Position numbers and translations under genes: made by a program. Of a DNA stretch of 38,763 bases, positions 9,353-19,600 are shown piece after piece. The notes under the pieces were generated by a model that ran no database searches, had not been told where the DNA came from, and saw only the letters and a list, made by a program, of their open reading frames with translations. Every line of letters starts with the position of its first letter. Positions within the stretch are counted from its first letter, which is position 1. The stretch lies in sequence record SRR20825010_1094; one strand, 5' to 3'.

Positions 9353-12300
9353 GTGAAAAAAATAACGACGACAGCAACACTTGCTGCCATGTTGGGCTGC
9401 GCAAGCACAACAGCAATGGCGGAAGCAAACAGTGATTGGTTCGCCGAGGCGGCGATCTCACCAGACGCCAATACCATCGTGTTCACCTATAAAGGCGACC
9501 TTTATAAGGTCTCGGCTCAAGGCGGTAACGCCGTGCCTCTTACCGTAAACGCCGCGTGGGAAGGCCATCCTGTGTGGTCGCACGACGGCAAGAAAATCGC
9601 TTTTGCGAGCGACCGGGGCGGTAGCCTGGATGTTTATGTGATGTCAGCATCCGGCGGTGAAGCCACACGCCTCACCTACCATAGCGCCAATGACATCCCA
9701 CACGATTTCACAGCTGACAATAGCGCAGTAACCTTCAGTTCCACCCGTATGGATAGCGCTGAAAGCAGCCTGTTCCCGCGCGGCTCACTATCGGAACTTT
9801 ATAATGTGCGCCTCACCGGCGGCACCCCAGAGATGGTGCTAACCACACCCGCAACCGAAGCCCGCTGGAACGACAAGGGCGACAAACTGCTTTACCGTGA
9901 GGAAAAAGCGCTCGAGAGCGACTTACGGAAACACGATACATCTGCGTTCGCGCGCGACATATGGATGTATGACGCAAAAAGCGGCAAGCACACTCAACTC
10001 ACTACCTACCTCGGCGGTGATCACAACCCGGTTTGGGGGCGCGGCAATACGGTGTTTTATACGTCTGATGAAGGCGACAGCACTTTCAATGTTTGGCAGC
10101 TTGACCTTGAAAGTGGCGAACGCCAGCAGCAAACAGAATTTAAAGAACACCCTGTACGCAGCCTGACCCGATCGGAAAACGGCACGCTGGCCTTTGTCCA
10201 CCATGGTTCCATCTACACAGCAAAGAGCCGTAGCCGCCTGAGCAAGCTTGATATCAACGTCAGCACAGACGGACACGGCCGCGACGGTGAAGTGATTTCG
10301 GTTACAGATGATGTGAGCGAATTTGCAGTCTCACCAAACGGCAAGGAAGTTGCTTTTGTGGCGCGCGGTGAGGTGTTTGTGACCTCCACCGAGTTCAAGA
10401 CAACCAAGCGCATCACCGATACACCAGCGCAGGAGCGCAGCGTTGATTTTGCGCCGGATGGCAAGAAAATTGTTTTTGCCGCAGAGCGAGACGGCAAATG
10501 GAAACTGGTTGAAGCCAGCATCCGGGATGAAAAAGAGAAATATTTCTTCGCCAGTACCCTTGTTGACGAAAAAGTGGTTTTCGACACAGACGATGAGGCG
10601 TTCCAGCCAAAATATTCGCCGGACGGCAAAAAGATTGCCTTCCTCTCCAGCCGCGATGTGCTCAAGGTCCTGACACTTGAAACTGGCGAAGCTGTTGAGG
10701 TGCTGGGCGCAGACTATAACTACTCCTACGCTGACGGTGATATCACCTTCGCATGGTCTCCTGACAGCAACTGGCTGACGGTCGATTTTATCGCCCGCAA
10801 GCGCATCTTTATCACCAACATCGCTGTTGTGCCTGCGGATGGTTCCGCGCCTCCGCGTGATATCAGCCTCTCAGGCTATCAGGATGGTTTCCCCAAGTGG
10901 CATGCCGACGGTGGGGCTGTGATCTGGGCCAGTTCACGATACGGCCAGCGCGACCACGGCAGTTGGGGCCGCGAGTTTGATGTGATGGCAGCTTTCCTCA
11001 CTCAGGACGCTTTTGACAAATTCTCCATGTCCAAAGAGGACTATGAGCTCATGAAAGAGCTTGAAAAGGAGAAGGAGAAGGAGAAGGAGAAGAAGAAAAA
11101 AGAAGAAGAAGCCAAAAAAGAAGCTGAAAAATCTGAAGGCGACGATGGCGCCAAAGATAAAACTGACGATAAAAAAGATGAGACTAAACCGACAGAGATT
11201 GAATGGGACGGCATGCAGGACCGCACGGTTCGCCTGACAGAACATTCAAGCGACCTGGCGGACATGGCGCTCACCAAAGAAGCAGACAAGCTCTATTACC
11301 TTGCCCGCTTTGAAGGGGGCTATAACCTCTGGGTTCAGGAGCTTAAAGAGCATAGCACCAAGCTTCTGCTCAAGATGGACGCCCGCAACGCATCGTTTGA
11401 GCTTTCAGATGATGAAAAAACCGCCTTTGTGTTGGCCGACGGCAGTATCGCCAAGCTTGAACTGAAAGATGACAGTGCAAGCCGTAAACCTGTAAAGCTC
11501 AGCGCATCCATGGTGTTGGATGCGGACGCTGAGCGCGCCTATTTCTTTGAGCATATCTGGCGCCAGGTACGGCATAAATTCTATAACCCCAACATGCACG
11601 GCGTGGATTGGGACCGCATTAAAGCCGAATATGCACCCAAGCTCGAAAGCATTGGCAACAACCGCGATTTTGCGCGCGCAATGGAAGAGATGCTCGGTGA
11701 GCTGAACGCTTCTCACACTGGTGCTTATTATCGCGGCAGCGTGAAGGGGTGTGACGACACTGCGGCCCTCGGCCTGATCTTTGATATGAGCGATACCTCA
11801 GGCGGTCTCAAAATTGCTGAAGTGATCGACCGCAGCCCACTTGTAAAAGCCGATAGCAAAATCAAGGCTGGCATGACGCTGGTTGCCATTGACGGTGTCG
11901 AGCTTGGCCAGGACGTGAACTATGCGTCCCTCCTGAACCACAAAACAGGTGATCGTGTACGCCTGAGCGTGGAGATGGAAGACGGCACACGCTTTGACGA
12001 AGTGATGAAGCCGATCAGCCGCCGTGATGAAAGCAACCTTCTCTATGAGCGCTGGGTGAAGGCCCGCCGCGCATATGTTGAAGAAATTTCAGATGGCCGT
12101 ATTGGCTATGTGCATGTGCGCGGCATGAATGACACCAGCTACCGCGATGTCTATTCAGACCTGTTGGGCCGCAACTTTGAGAAAGATGCCGTTGTGGTAG
12201 ACACCCGTTGGAACGGCGGCGGCTGGCTACACAATGATCTCGCCAAACTGCTTGCCGGTAAACAGTACCTGCAGATGAAAGTACGCGGCGACCGTGTGTT

Positions 12301-12658
12301 TGCCGGTGACCCTCTGGACCAATGGACCAAACCTTCCATCGTTGTGATGGGTGAAGGCAACTATTCAGATGCCCACGCCTTCCCATACACCTACAAGGTG
12401 CTTGGCATTGGCGAACTGGTGGGCATGCCCGTGCCGGGCACCATGACAGCCGTTTGGTGGGAGCGCCTGCACTCAGGCGACATTACGTTCGGCATCCCGC
12501 AGGTTGGCCAGATCGACGCTGACGGCAACTACCTTGAGAACCTGCAGCTTGAGCCTGACTACCGGGTTAAAAAACTGCCCGAGGACAGTGCGGAGGGCCG
12601 TGACCCACAGCTCAAGAAGGCTGTTGAGGTTATGCTGGAGCAAACAAAAAGCGAGTAG
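9353..12658 (+). CDS. Tricorn-like S41 family protease (PD40 beta-propellers, PDZ, S41 catalytic domain), exported
   Basis: Signal peptide; repeated SPDGKKIAF-type PD40 motifs; ELNASHTG, IGYVHVRGM, DTRWNGGG, catalytic NYSDAH, GMPVPGT. Confidence 0.92.
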   Translation: MKKITTTATLAAMLGCASTTAMAEANSDWFAEAAISPDANTIVFTYKGDLYKVSAQGGNAVPLTVNAAWEGHPVWSHDGKKIAFASDRGGSLDVYVMSASGGEATRLTYHSANDIPHDFTADNSAVTFSSTRMDSAESSLFPRGSLSELYNVRLTGGTPEMVLTTPATEARWNDKGDKLLYREEKALESDLRKHDTSAFARDIWMYDAKSGKHTQLTTYLGGDHNPVWGRGNTVFYTSDEGDSTFNVWQLDLESGERQQQTEFKEHPVRSLTRSENGTLAFVHHGSIYTAKSRSRLSKLDINVSTDGHGRDGEVISVTDDVSEFAVSPNGKEVAFVARGEVFVTSTEFKTTKRITDTPAQERSVDFAPDGKKIVFAAERDGKWKLVEASIRDEKEKYFFASTLVDEKVVFDTDDEAFQPKYSPDGKKIAFLSSRDVLKVLTLETGEAVEVLGADYNYSYADGDITFAWSPDSNWLTVDFIARKRIFITNIAVVPADGSAPPRDISLSGYQDGFPKWHADGGAVIWASSRYGQRDHGSWGREFDVMAAFLTQDAFDKFSMSKEDYELMKELEKEKEKEKEKKKKEEEAKKEAEKSEGDDGAKDKTDDKKDETKPTEIEWDGMQDRTVRLTEHSSDLADMALTKEADKLYYLARFEGGYNLWVQELKEHSTKLLLKMDARNASFELSDDEKTAFVLADGSIAKLELKDDSASRKPVKLSASMVLDADAERAYFFEHIWRQVRHKFYNPNMHGVDWDRIKAEYAPKLESIGNNRDFARAMEEMLGELNASHTGAYYRGSVKGCDDTAALGLIFDMSDTSGGLKIAEVIDRSPLVKADSKIKAGMTLVAIDGVELGQDVNYASLLNHKTGDRVRLSVEMEDGTRFDEVMKPISRRDESNLLYERWVKARRAYVEEISDGRIGYVHVRGMNDTSYRDVYSDLLGRNFEKDAVVVDTRWNGGGWLHNDLAKLLAGKQYLQMKVRGDRVFAGDPLDQWTKPSIVVMGEGNYSDAHAFPYTYKVLGIGELVGMPVPGTMTAVWWERLHSGDITFGIPQVGQIDADGNYLENLQLEPDYRVKKLPEDSAEGRDPQLKKAVEVMLEQTKSE
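11069..11092 (+). repeat. In-frame (GAGAAG)x4 microsatellite in the Lys/Glu-rich linker of the S41 protease
   Basis: Four perfect GAGAAG units within a purine-only tract encoding EKEKEKEKEKKKKEEE. Confidence 0.85.
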
Positions 12659-12682
12659 TTGAAACCAAGCTAATCCAAGCAC

Positions 12683-12717
12683 AAGGCGCCTGCATTCCGT
12701 GCGGGCGCCTTTTTATT
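12683..12717 (+). terminator. Intrinsic terminator after S41 protease
   Basis: AAGGCGCCTGCA-TTCCG-TGCGGGCGCCTT stem followed by TTTATT. Confidence 0.85.
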
Positions 12718-12850
12718 ACCCTCCGCCACCCCTTATTGCCTTGCCGCTACGGATATCTGCCCTAAGCTCATATAGCGCGCTTGGGGAAGGGCGCACTATT
12801 ACGCTGTGCCAGACAACAACAAACAGCGGCAAGACACCAAGGGGAGATAG

Positions 12851-14143
12851 ATGAAGAATACCAATGGGGTACCGCTTGTTCGCGAGCTGTCAAAAGGCGT
12901 TAAAACATACACACTTCTCGTCCTGACAATTGTATATGCTTTCAACTTCATCGACCGGCAAATCCTGGTCATCCTGCAGCCACTTCTGAAAGCAGAACTT
13001 AATCTGAGCGATACACAGCTCGGCCTGCTGTCCGGTTTCTCTTTCGCAATCTTCTATACCGCGCTTGGTATCCCCATCGCCCGGTTGGCTGACCGTCATA
13101 ACCGGCGCAACATCATCGCGATCGCGCTTACGGTCTGGAGCGGTATGACAGCCCTTTCAGGCATGACCCAAAACTTCTTCCAGCTCCTGCTGGCTCGTAT
13201 GGGGGTTGGTGTTGGTGAAGCGGGCGGCAGCCCACCAGCCCACTCCATGATCTCGGACATGTATGAACCCCGGCGCCGTGCAACTGCACTCGCAATCTAT
13301 TCAGCCGGGCTCTATCTGGGCGTGATGATCGGTTATTCGTCAGGCGGTATCCTTGGTGAATTATACGGCTGGCGCACGACGTTTTTCATTGTCGGTATTC
13401 CCGGTATTCTGCTTGCTCTCTTGCTGCGTTTCACTGTGAAGGAGCCGCCCCGCGGCCTATATGATAAAGGCGCCGAAGTTGCCCAACCCACAATAAAAGA
13501 CACCTTCACATATGTGCTCAGGCTGAAGTCTTTCCCCTATATCGCCTTCGGCTGCGCCATGTCTGCTTTTGTAAGCTACGGCACCAGCAACTTCATGCCC
13601 GGCTTCATGATCCGCTACCACGGCATTTCACTCTCAAACATTGGTGTTATTCTGGGCCTGCTGGCCGGTGGTGGCGGTATGATCGGCACCTTCCTTGGCG
13701 GGTATCTGACCGACAAACTGGGTGCGAAGGACCCTCGATGGTATCTATGGCTTCCGGGCCTGTCTGCAGTGTGCGCCATCCCGCTTGCGCTTGTCACCTA
13801 TCACACCGGCAGCCGTGAAATCATGCTCGCCACCTATTTTGTTGTGGTCGTCCTGTCCACCTTCTATCTGGCGCCTGCAATTGCGGTAACCCACAGGCTT
13901 GTTAGTCCGCGCATGCGGGCTATGTCTTCCGCGATCCTCTTCTTCGTGCTTAATCTCATCGGTATGGGGCTAGGCCCTGTGCTTGTGGGCGCGATTAGCG
14001 ATTTTGAGCTGGCCCGTACTGGCATGGACGGCCTGCGCACTGCGCTGACCATCGGCACCATGATTGCACTTGTTAAAGGCTATCTGTTTTTCATGGCCGG
14101 ACGGAAACTGCCCGAGGACCTGGAGCGGGAAAACAAAACCTAA
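12851..14143 (+). CDS. MFS transporter, spinster-like
   Basis: FNFIDRQIL, LSDTQLGLLSG, ARLADRHNRR (motif A), ARMGVGVGEAG, HSMISDMY; about 12 TM helices. Confidence 0.9.
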   Translation: MKNTNGVPLVRELSKGVKTYTLLVLTIVYAFNFIDRQILVILQPLLKAELNLSDTQLGLLSGFSFAIFYTALGIPIARLADRHNRRNIIAIALTVWSGMTALSGMTQNFFQLLLARMGVGVGEAGGSPPAHSMISDMYEPRRRATALAIYSAGLYLGVMIGYSSGGILGELYGWRTTFFIVGIPGILLALLLRFTVKEPPRGLYDKGAEVAQPTIKDTFTYVLRLKSFPYIAFGCAMSAFVSYGTSNFMPGFMIRYHGISLSNIGVILGLLAGGGGMIGTFLGGYLTDKLGAKDPRWYLWLPGLSAVCAIPLALVTYHTGSREIMLATYFVVVVLSTFYLAPAIAVTHRLVSPRMRAMSSAILFFVLNLIGMGLGPVLVGAISDFELARTGMDGLRTALTIGTMIALVKGYLFFMAGRKLPEDLERENKT

Positions 14144-14168
14144 CGCACTCAGCCAGATAAAAAACAAT

Positions 14169-14195
14169 GCGCGCTGGTAATCCGGCGCGTTCTCT
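14169..14195 (+). terminator. Possible terminator hairpin after MFS gene
   Basis: GCGCGCTGG-TAAT-CCGGCGCGT stem with weak TCTCT tail. Confidence 0.45.
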
Positions 14196-14234
14196 GCCAG
14201 CATAAAGTCGTTTCATTTGAGCGACTTGGACCCT

Positions 14235-15887
14235 ATGACATCCATAAAAGACAGACAGAGCCTGTTTGAGGTCGGCATCACCGTGATGCTGATCTCACTG
14301 GTGCTTGTACCGGCCGTCTCCGCCACCTTGAACCTGACCCTTGTTATCGGGCATTGGCTGTTTCTCACCAGTCTTGCGCTGTTTGCCCTTGAAGGGGCAC
14401 GCCGGGTGCACCCCTTGGCAGGCTCCCTGCTCTTCAGCCTGATCACGGCCGTGCTGGCCGTGGAAATTCTGGTGCAGCGGCTTACTGGCCTGCACCTCAA
14501 TACTTTTACCTTGAGCCTGATGTTCGAGAGCGGGTGGCAGGAAAATATTGGCCTCTCGGTTACCGCTGGACTGGCACCGCTTGGCTTGATCGGGCTGAGT
14601 TTTTTCCTCGCACGGGCGCGGCCTCGCAAACCACTCAGACTACCGCTTCGCCCAGCGCTTTTCGCGGCACTCCTTGGTGTGGGGCTGGCTCAAATTACCT
14701 ACGCTGTGCTTTATTTTGGGGCCGATACCCACGTTATGGAAACCCGCCGTAAGCTGCCGTTTTTCACAGCAATGCATCCTTACCGGGCTGAAAAACTTCT
14801 GCAGCCGTTTCTGGGCAATCGGCCTTTAAATCCTTTCGCCCTGTCGCGGGTAAAGGCTGCCAGCGCTCCGACACCTCAAGGTAATTTGAACATCACTCGC
14901 TCACGCAATATCCTGTTCATTATTGCTGATAGTATACGCGCAACAGATATTCAGGCAGACGCGGGCGTCGCCCCTAACATCGCTGCACTCAGCGAGAAGG
15001 GACAATTGTCGCTTTCCCATTACGCAGCCTCCAATTGCACACATTTCAGCATGTACAGCATGTTTACCGGCAATCTGCCCACAGGCTATGAAGCGGCACG
15101 CCGCGCTGCCGCGCCTGTCGGGCTCATGAACTGGCTCAAGGGCGCAGGCTACAGCCTCTCAAGTGCTGAAGCTCTTTCCCTTGATTGGTACGATCTCTCA
15201 ACCCTGCTCTTTACCCCCGCAACCCGAAACACTGCCCATGGTGGGACCGCTGTCACCAGGGATAGTTTCGTAACCGAAACAACAATTCGAATACTTGAAG
15301 AAGCAGGTGAAAAACCTTTCTTCCATCTGGCATACTATAACGGCGCACACTTTCCCTATGGCGACAATGATCCCCTGCCCGGCCTTGCGGGTGGCACACC
15401 AGAGAGCTACCGCGCTGCCGTGCGTGCTACCGATGCTGAGATCGGCAAGCTACTGGACAGTGTAGCCCGAAGGGAAGATGACACTTTGGTGATTGTGACA
15501 TCTGACCACGGTGAGGCGGTGTTCGAGAATGGTATCGTAGGCCACGCTAGTGAACTTACCGATGAGCAAATGATTGTACCGTTCGGTGTTATGGGGGAGA
15601 TACACGAGCCACTTCCCACCAGCCAACTTGGTATTGCAGATTTCATTCTGGCTCAACTGGGAGCTGGAACCAAAAGTCACAGCGCCCCGACCATCCTCAG
15701 CAATTGCAGCTATGCCTTCCCCAACGGGTTCGCTGTTATTGACGGCGAAAGACGAGCCGACTTCATTTTTGAGGATGGCTTCCTGAGCCCTGTGCCTTCC
15801 CCGAACGGCAAAATGCCGCCTAAAGCGTTTCAGCTTGAAGCGGCACAGCAGCTTGTTAAAGCGATCAACAGCGATACGCCTGAATAG
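14235..15887 (+). CDS. Membrane-anchored alkaline-phosphatase/sulfatase superfamily hydrolase (YejM/LtaS-like); start uncertain (TTG 14217 or ATG 14235)
   Basis: 4-5 N-terminal TM segments, then NILFIIADSIR, SNCTHFSMYSMFTG (Thr nucleophile position), HFPY, IVTSDHGE, GHAS; no CxPxR sulfatase motif. Confidence 0.75.
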   Translation: MTSIKDRQSLFEVGITVMLISLVLVPAVSATLNLTLVIGHWLFLTSLALFALEGARRVHPLAGSLLFSLITAVLAVEILVQRLTGLHLNTFTLSLMFESGWQENIGLSVTAGLAPLGLIGLSFFLARARPRKPLRLPLRPALFAALLGVGLAQITYAVLYFGADTHVMETRRKLPFFTAMHPYRAEKLLQPFLGNRPLNPFALSRVKAASAPTPQGNLNITRSRNILFIIADSIRATDIQADAGVAPNIAALSEKGQLSLSHYAASNCTHFSMYSMFTGNLPTGYEAARRAAAPVGLMNWLKGAGYSLSSAEALSLDWYDLSTLLFTPATRNTAHGGTAVTRDSFVTETTIRILEEAGEKPFFHLAYYNGAHFPYGDNDPLPGLAGGTPESYRAAVRATDAEIGKLLDSVARREDDTLVIVTSDHGEAVFENGIVGHASELTDEQMIVPFGVMGEIHEPLPTSQLGIADFILAQLGAGTKSHSAPTILSNCSYAFPNGFAVIDGERRADFIFEDGFLSPVPSPNGKMPPKAFQLEAAQQLVKAINSDTPE

Positions 15888-15897
15888 AGTTCCGTTT

Positions 15898-16554
15898 TTA
15901 AGCTGTTGTGTCCGCCGCACTTAGGCCAACGCTTTTGAGCACAAGATCGATCACGGTCGTCTTGGCCTCCTCAAACTGAGCGTCGTCAAGCGGGTCACCC
16001 TCGTTCATCACATCAATCTGCGCGGCGAAATCCGCATAATGCTGGGTTGTGGCCCAGATCATGTAAAACAGGTAGCGCGACTTAACAGGGGAAAGCTTGC
16101 CCTCGGCTATCCAGCGTTCCAGCACACGCTCGCGGCTCTCAAGCCATGGCTTCACCGTACCAATCAGATATTCCTGCAGAAACGGTGCGCCAGAGGCCAT
16201 CTCTATCGCCCAAAGCCGGGAACCATGAGGACGCGAACGGGCCAGATCCATCTTGGAAGCCACATAGGTACGCAGCGCCTGCGCCGGGTTTTCCGTCTCA
16301 TCGAAAGTATCGGCCGCATGCAGCCAGATCGAACACACGCCTTCTATCACCCGGCGGTAAAGGTCTTCCTTCGCGCCGAAGTAATAATAGACATTGGGTT
16401 TGGGTACACCAGCGCGCTCGGCAATCAAACCGACGCTCGCTCCCTTAAAGCCCTTCTCAGCAAATACTGTTTCCGCCGCCACCAGTATCTTAGCTACATT
16501 TTCTCGGCGGATCCCGGCTTTATGGCCGGTTTCTTTTTTTGTTTTGTCCGTCAT
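15898..16554 (-). CDS. rutR: TetR family regulator, RutR-like (uracil/thymine-responsive)
   Basis: TetR HTH (ILVAAETVFAEKGF...IAERAGVPKPNVYYYF) plus RutR C-terminal signature IWATTQHYADF; start at ATG 16554 after SD GGGGA. Confidence 0.85.
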   Translation of the reverse strand: MTDKTKKETGHKAGIRRENVAKILVAAETVFAEKGFKGASVGLIAERAGVPKPNVYYYFGAKEDLYRRVIEGVCSIWLHAADTFDETENPAQALRTYVASKMDLARSRPHGSRLWAIEMASGAPFLQEYLIGTVKPWLESRERVLERWIAEGKLSPVKSRYLFYMIWATTQHYADFAAQIDVMNEGDPLDDAQFEEAKTTVIDLVLKSVGLSAADTTA

Positions 16555-16616
16555 AGGTCCCCCTAAGGCCACCTTTAACCACACTTCAACACAAAGGTCT
16601 ATTCAGATGTGGTGCT

Positions 16617-16648
16617 AAAGAAAACGCCCGGGAGGGTCCCCCGGGCGT
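16617..16648 (-). terminator. Intrinsic terminator of the TonB-dependent receptor gene
   Basis: ACGCCCGGG...CCCGGGCGT stem followed on the minus strand by TTTCTTT. Confidence 0.8.
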
Positions 16649-16673
16649 CATATATGGGGTCACAAGTTCAGGA

Positions 16674-19600
16674 TTAGAACTTGTATTTCGCACCAATCTG
16701 CAGAACCCAAACAGAGCTCGTGTCTTGGAAGCGGAAGAACGGATCGCTTACGCTGCCGTACGTGATCTGACCAGTTGCCGCGTCAACATCCGCGTCAACC
16801 ATCGCTTGCTGACCAAACTGAGAATCGTAAGCTTCGCCCCAGGCACTGTTGAGGAAGTTCAGAACGTTTTCCATGTTCATGAACAGCTCAACCTTACCGA
16901 AGCCAACGCCCACTTCCTGTGCAATGCGCAGGTCAAGGTCGTTGATCCAAGGGCCACGCTCGCTTTGAAGGCCGACAGACTTACCACGCTCCAGATCGTA
17001 GGTATCTACAAGCTGGTTAAATGCTGTGCGTGCATCTGCATCTTCAAAGAGCACCTTGGCACCAGCTGCATTTGCGCCGCCAACCAAAGCTGCTTCGCCA
17101 GCAGCAGGTACGTAGATGAGGTGACCATCACCACTATCGATCGAGCTTGAACCACCAAACTGGAGGAACTCATCCATAGCGATAGAGAATGGCTTGCCAC
17201 TACGACCCTGGTAGTAAAGGCCAACAGTGGTGAAGTTATCGCCCCAGAAAGCTTTCTGGTATGTCAGGCCGAGTTTAACCTGGTGGCGAGTTTCAAACAC
17301 CGATGTACCACGCAGACGGTTATTCCGATCGAGGTGTGCCGCGAAATTATAGTTCGACGAGGCTGTCGAGCTTGTTCCTTCGTTGGCAACTTCAGAGTCG
17401 TTGAACGCGTATGAACCGAAGATCGACACGCCGTTATCCCAAGACTTGTCAAAGGATACTGCATAAGTTTCTGATTTCGCTTCAGCACCGTTTGTCAGCA
17501 GGATGTCGTAACCCTGGGTCGCACTGTAGATCGGTGAACCGTCAGCAGCAGTGTTAATTACTTCACGACGCAGTTCTTTCCAGTCTGCGGCATTTTGTGA
17601 ACGAGCCCACAGAGCTTCAAGAGTTACGTGCCAGTCGTCACCTAGGGCACCGAGATCAAAGTAACGATCAATTCCTAGGTTGAACTTCCAAACGCCTGGT
17701 ACCTTGAAATCCGGGTCGATAGCCGCAACGTCACCGCCGTCCGGATTCCCACCGAGCCCGTCAAGTGCGAACTGTGGCACTTGTGAAAAGTCAGGGTTAG
17801 CAATCAGGGCAGCGTCGTTCGAGAAATATGTCAGCGTCGTTACACCATCAAGCGAGTATGCGTTTGAAACCCACACAAGCGGATCGCCACCAGCGAAACG
17901 GCCGAAGCCACCACGAAGCGTGGTTTTATCGTCGAGATCATAGGTGAATGCAAAACGAGGTTGAATGATGCTCTTGCCGTCCAGCGTTGCTGTATTGGCA
18001 AAACCGTTACGATCAACAAAGTTTTGGTTCAGCGCTGGCTCGTCACTGGTTTTCCAGAAATCGACACGCAAGCCGCCTGTAAGGGTGAGCTTGTCGCTCA
18101 TGTCCCAACGGTCTTGAAGGTAGAGCGTGTGTGTTGCCAGTTTAAACGAAGCTGCGCCGTCATCTGGGTTGTTCGAAGCAGCGTTCTGGTATGAGAAAGT
18201 AGCAGGTGCACCAGCTTCGAAATCATCGATGCTGTTAAACTGCCAAATACCGCGGGTACGCTGGATAAACAGGTTAAACACGTCAACAGCGTCATACTCG
18301 TAACCGGCAGTGATCGTGTGATCGCCGCTTACATAGTCAGCTTTGAGTTTAGCCTGCCATGTTTTGTTGTTGAGCGCGTTTGAGTGACGGCTGTCATCAA
18401 TACCCATGTAGACGGTACCGCTGTTCCCATCATCGCTGGTGCGAACCTGGATCTCACCAATACCTTGGTCAAGCGCAAGGCCAACCTGGCCAGTTTCGTT
18501 TTTCTTGTAACCGACTTTAAGTTCGGTTGAGAAATTGTCTGTCCAGTCAGAGAAAACCTGGAAGTTATAGGCTTGCAGTTTTTCCGAACGGTTATAGTTG
18601 TGAGACAAGAAAGCAAATCGGTTGCCGCCGTGATCTGTCAGCGAAAGCGAGTTACCGTCTGTGTACTGATAGGAAGCAAATGCACGGTGGTTGTCGTTGA
18701 TGTTCCAGTCGAGTTTGAAGAAAATCTTCTCGTCAGACTCGGCAATGCTATCATCGCCACCATACATATTGTCGATGCCGTAGCTTGAAGCAATCGCATC
18801 AATACGCTCTACATCCGCAACATTCACGCCGGAAACTTCACTCGCAGCGCCTGAACCTGTAGCGCCTGTAGTGTTTGGCGTGGAGCCATCAAACTTCTCG
18901 TATGAAGCAAAGAAGAAGAGTTTGTCTTTGATGATTGGCCCGCCGAGGGTAGCACCCCAGAATTTATTCTCGAACGTGCCGAGATCAACATCAAGGTCAT
19001 CACCGTCCACCGTTACCGACTTGTCGCCTGCGAGGCTTTGGTCGCGGTACTGATAGAAAGCTGTACCATGGAACTCGTTGGTACCGGATTTGGTTACAAC
19101 GTTGATCTGGCCACCGGTGAATTTGTTGAATTCTACGCTAAACGGAGCCGGGGAAACACCCACCTGCTCAACCGCATCGATGGAAATGGGTGAACGCTGC
19201 GTTGGGTAACCGTTGCCGTTCAGGCCGAAGTCATCATCCTGACGGATACCATCAACCGTAAGGCTGTTGAAACGGTTGTTCGCCCCACCGATTGAGAGCG
19301 CATCGTTGCTGCCGCTGTCGATGGATACAAACGGGTTCGCACGAATAGTGCTTTTAAGGTCACGACCGATCGACGGCATCTTGTCGATCATGTCTGCGCC
19401 GTAAGAAGATGACCCACCGGAGCGGATGGCCGCGATACGGCTTGCTACGACTTCAATCTCTTCAACACTCGCGCCAGAAGCTGCCAGTGGAATTGTGAGA
19501 GGGAGTGGTTCGCTTACATTCAAAGTCAAACCTTCGAAAGACTGGCCTTGGTAGTTGCCGGAAGCAGCTACATCTACATTGTAAGGGCCACCTGGACGCA

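Noticed and set aside
14235-15887. True formylglycine sulfatase
   Set aside because: No C/S-x-P-x-R motif; the Thr-type nucleophile and TM anchor fit YejM/LtaS-like proteins.
16586-16601. TCAACACAAAGGTCTA upstream of rutR as an autoregulatory box
   Set aside because: Only 7/10 match, too weak to call without a position-weight-matrix scan.
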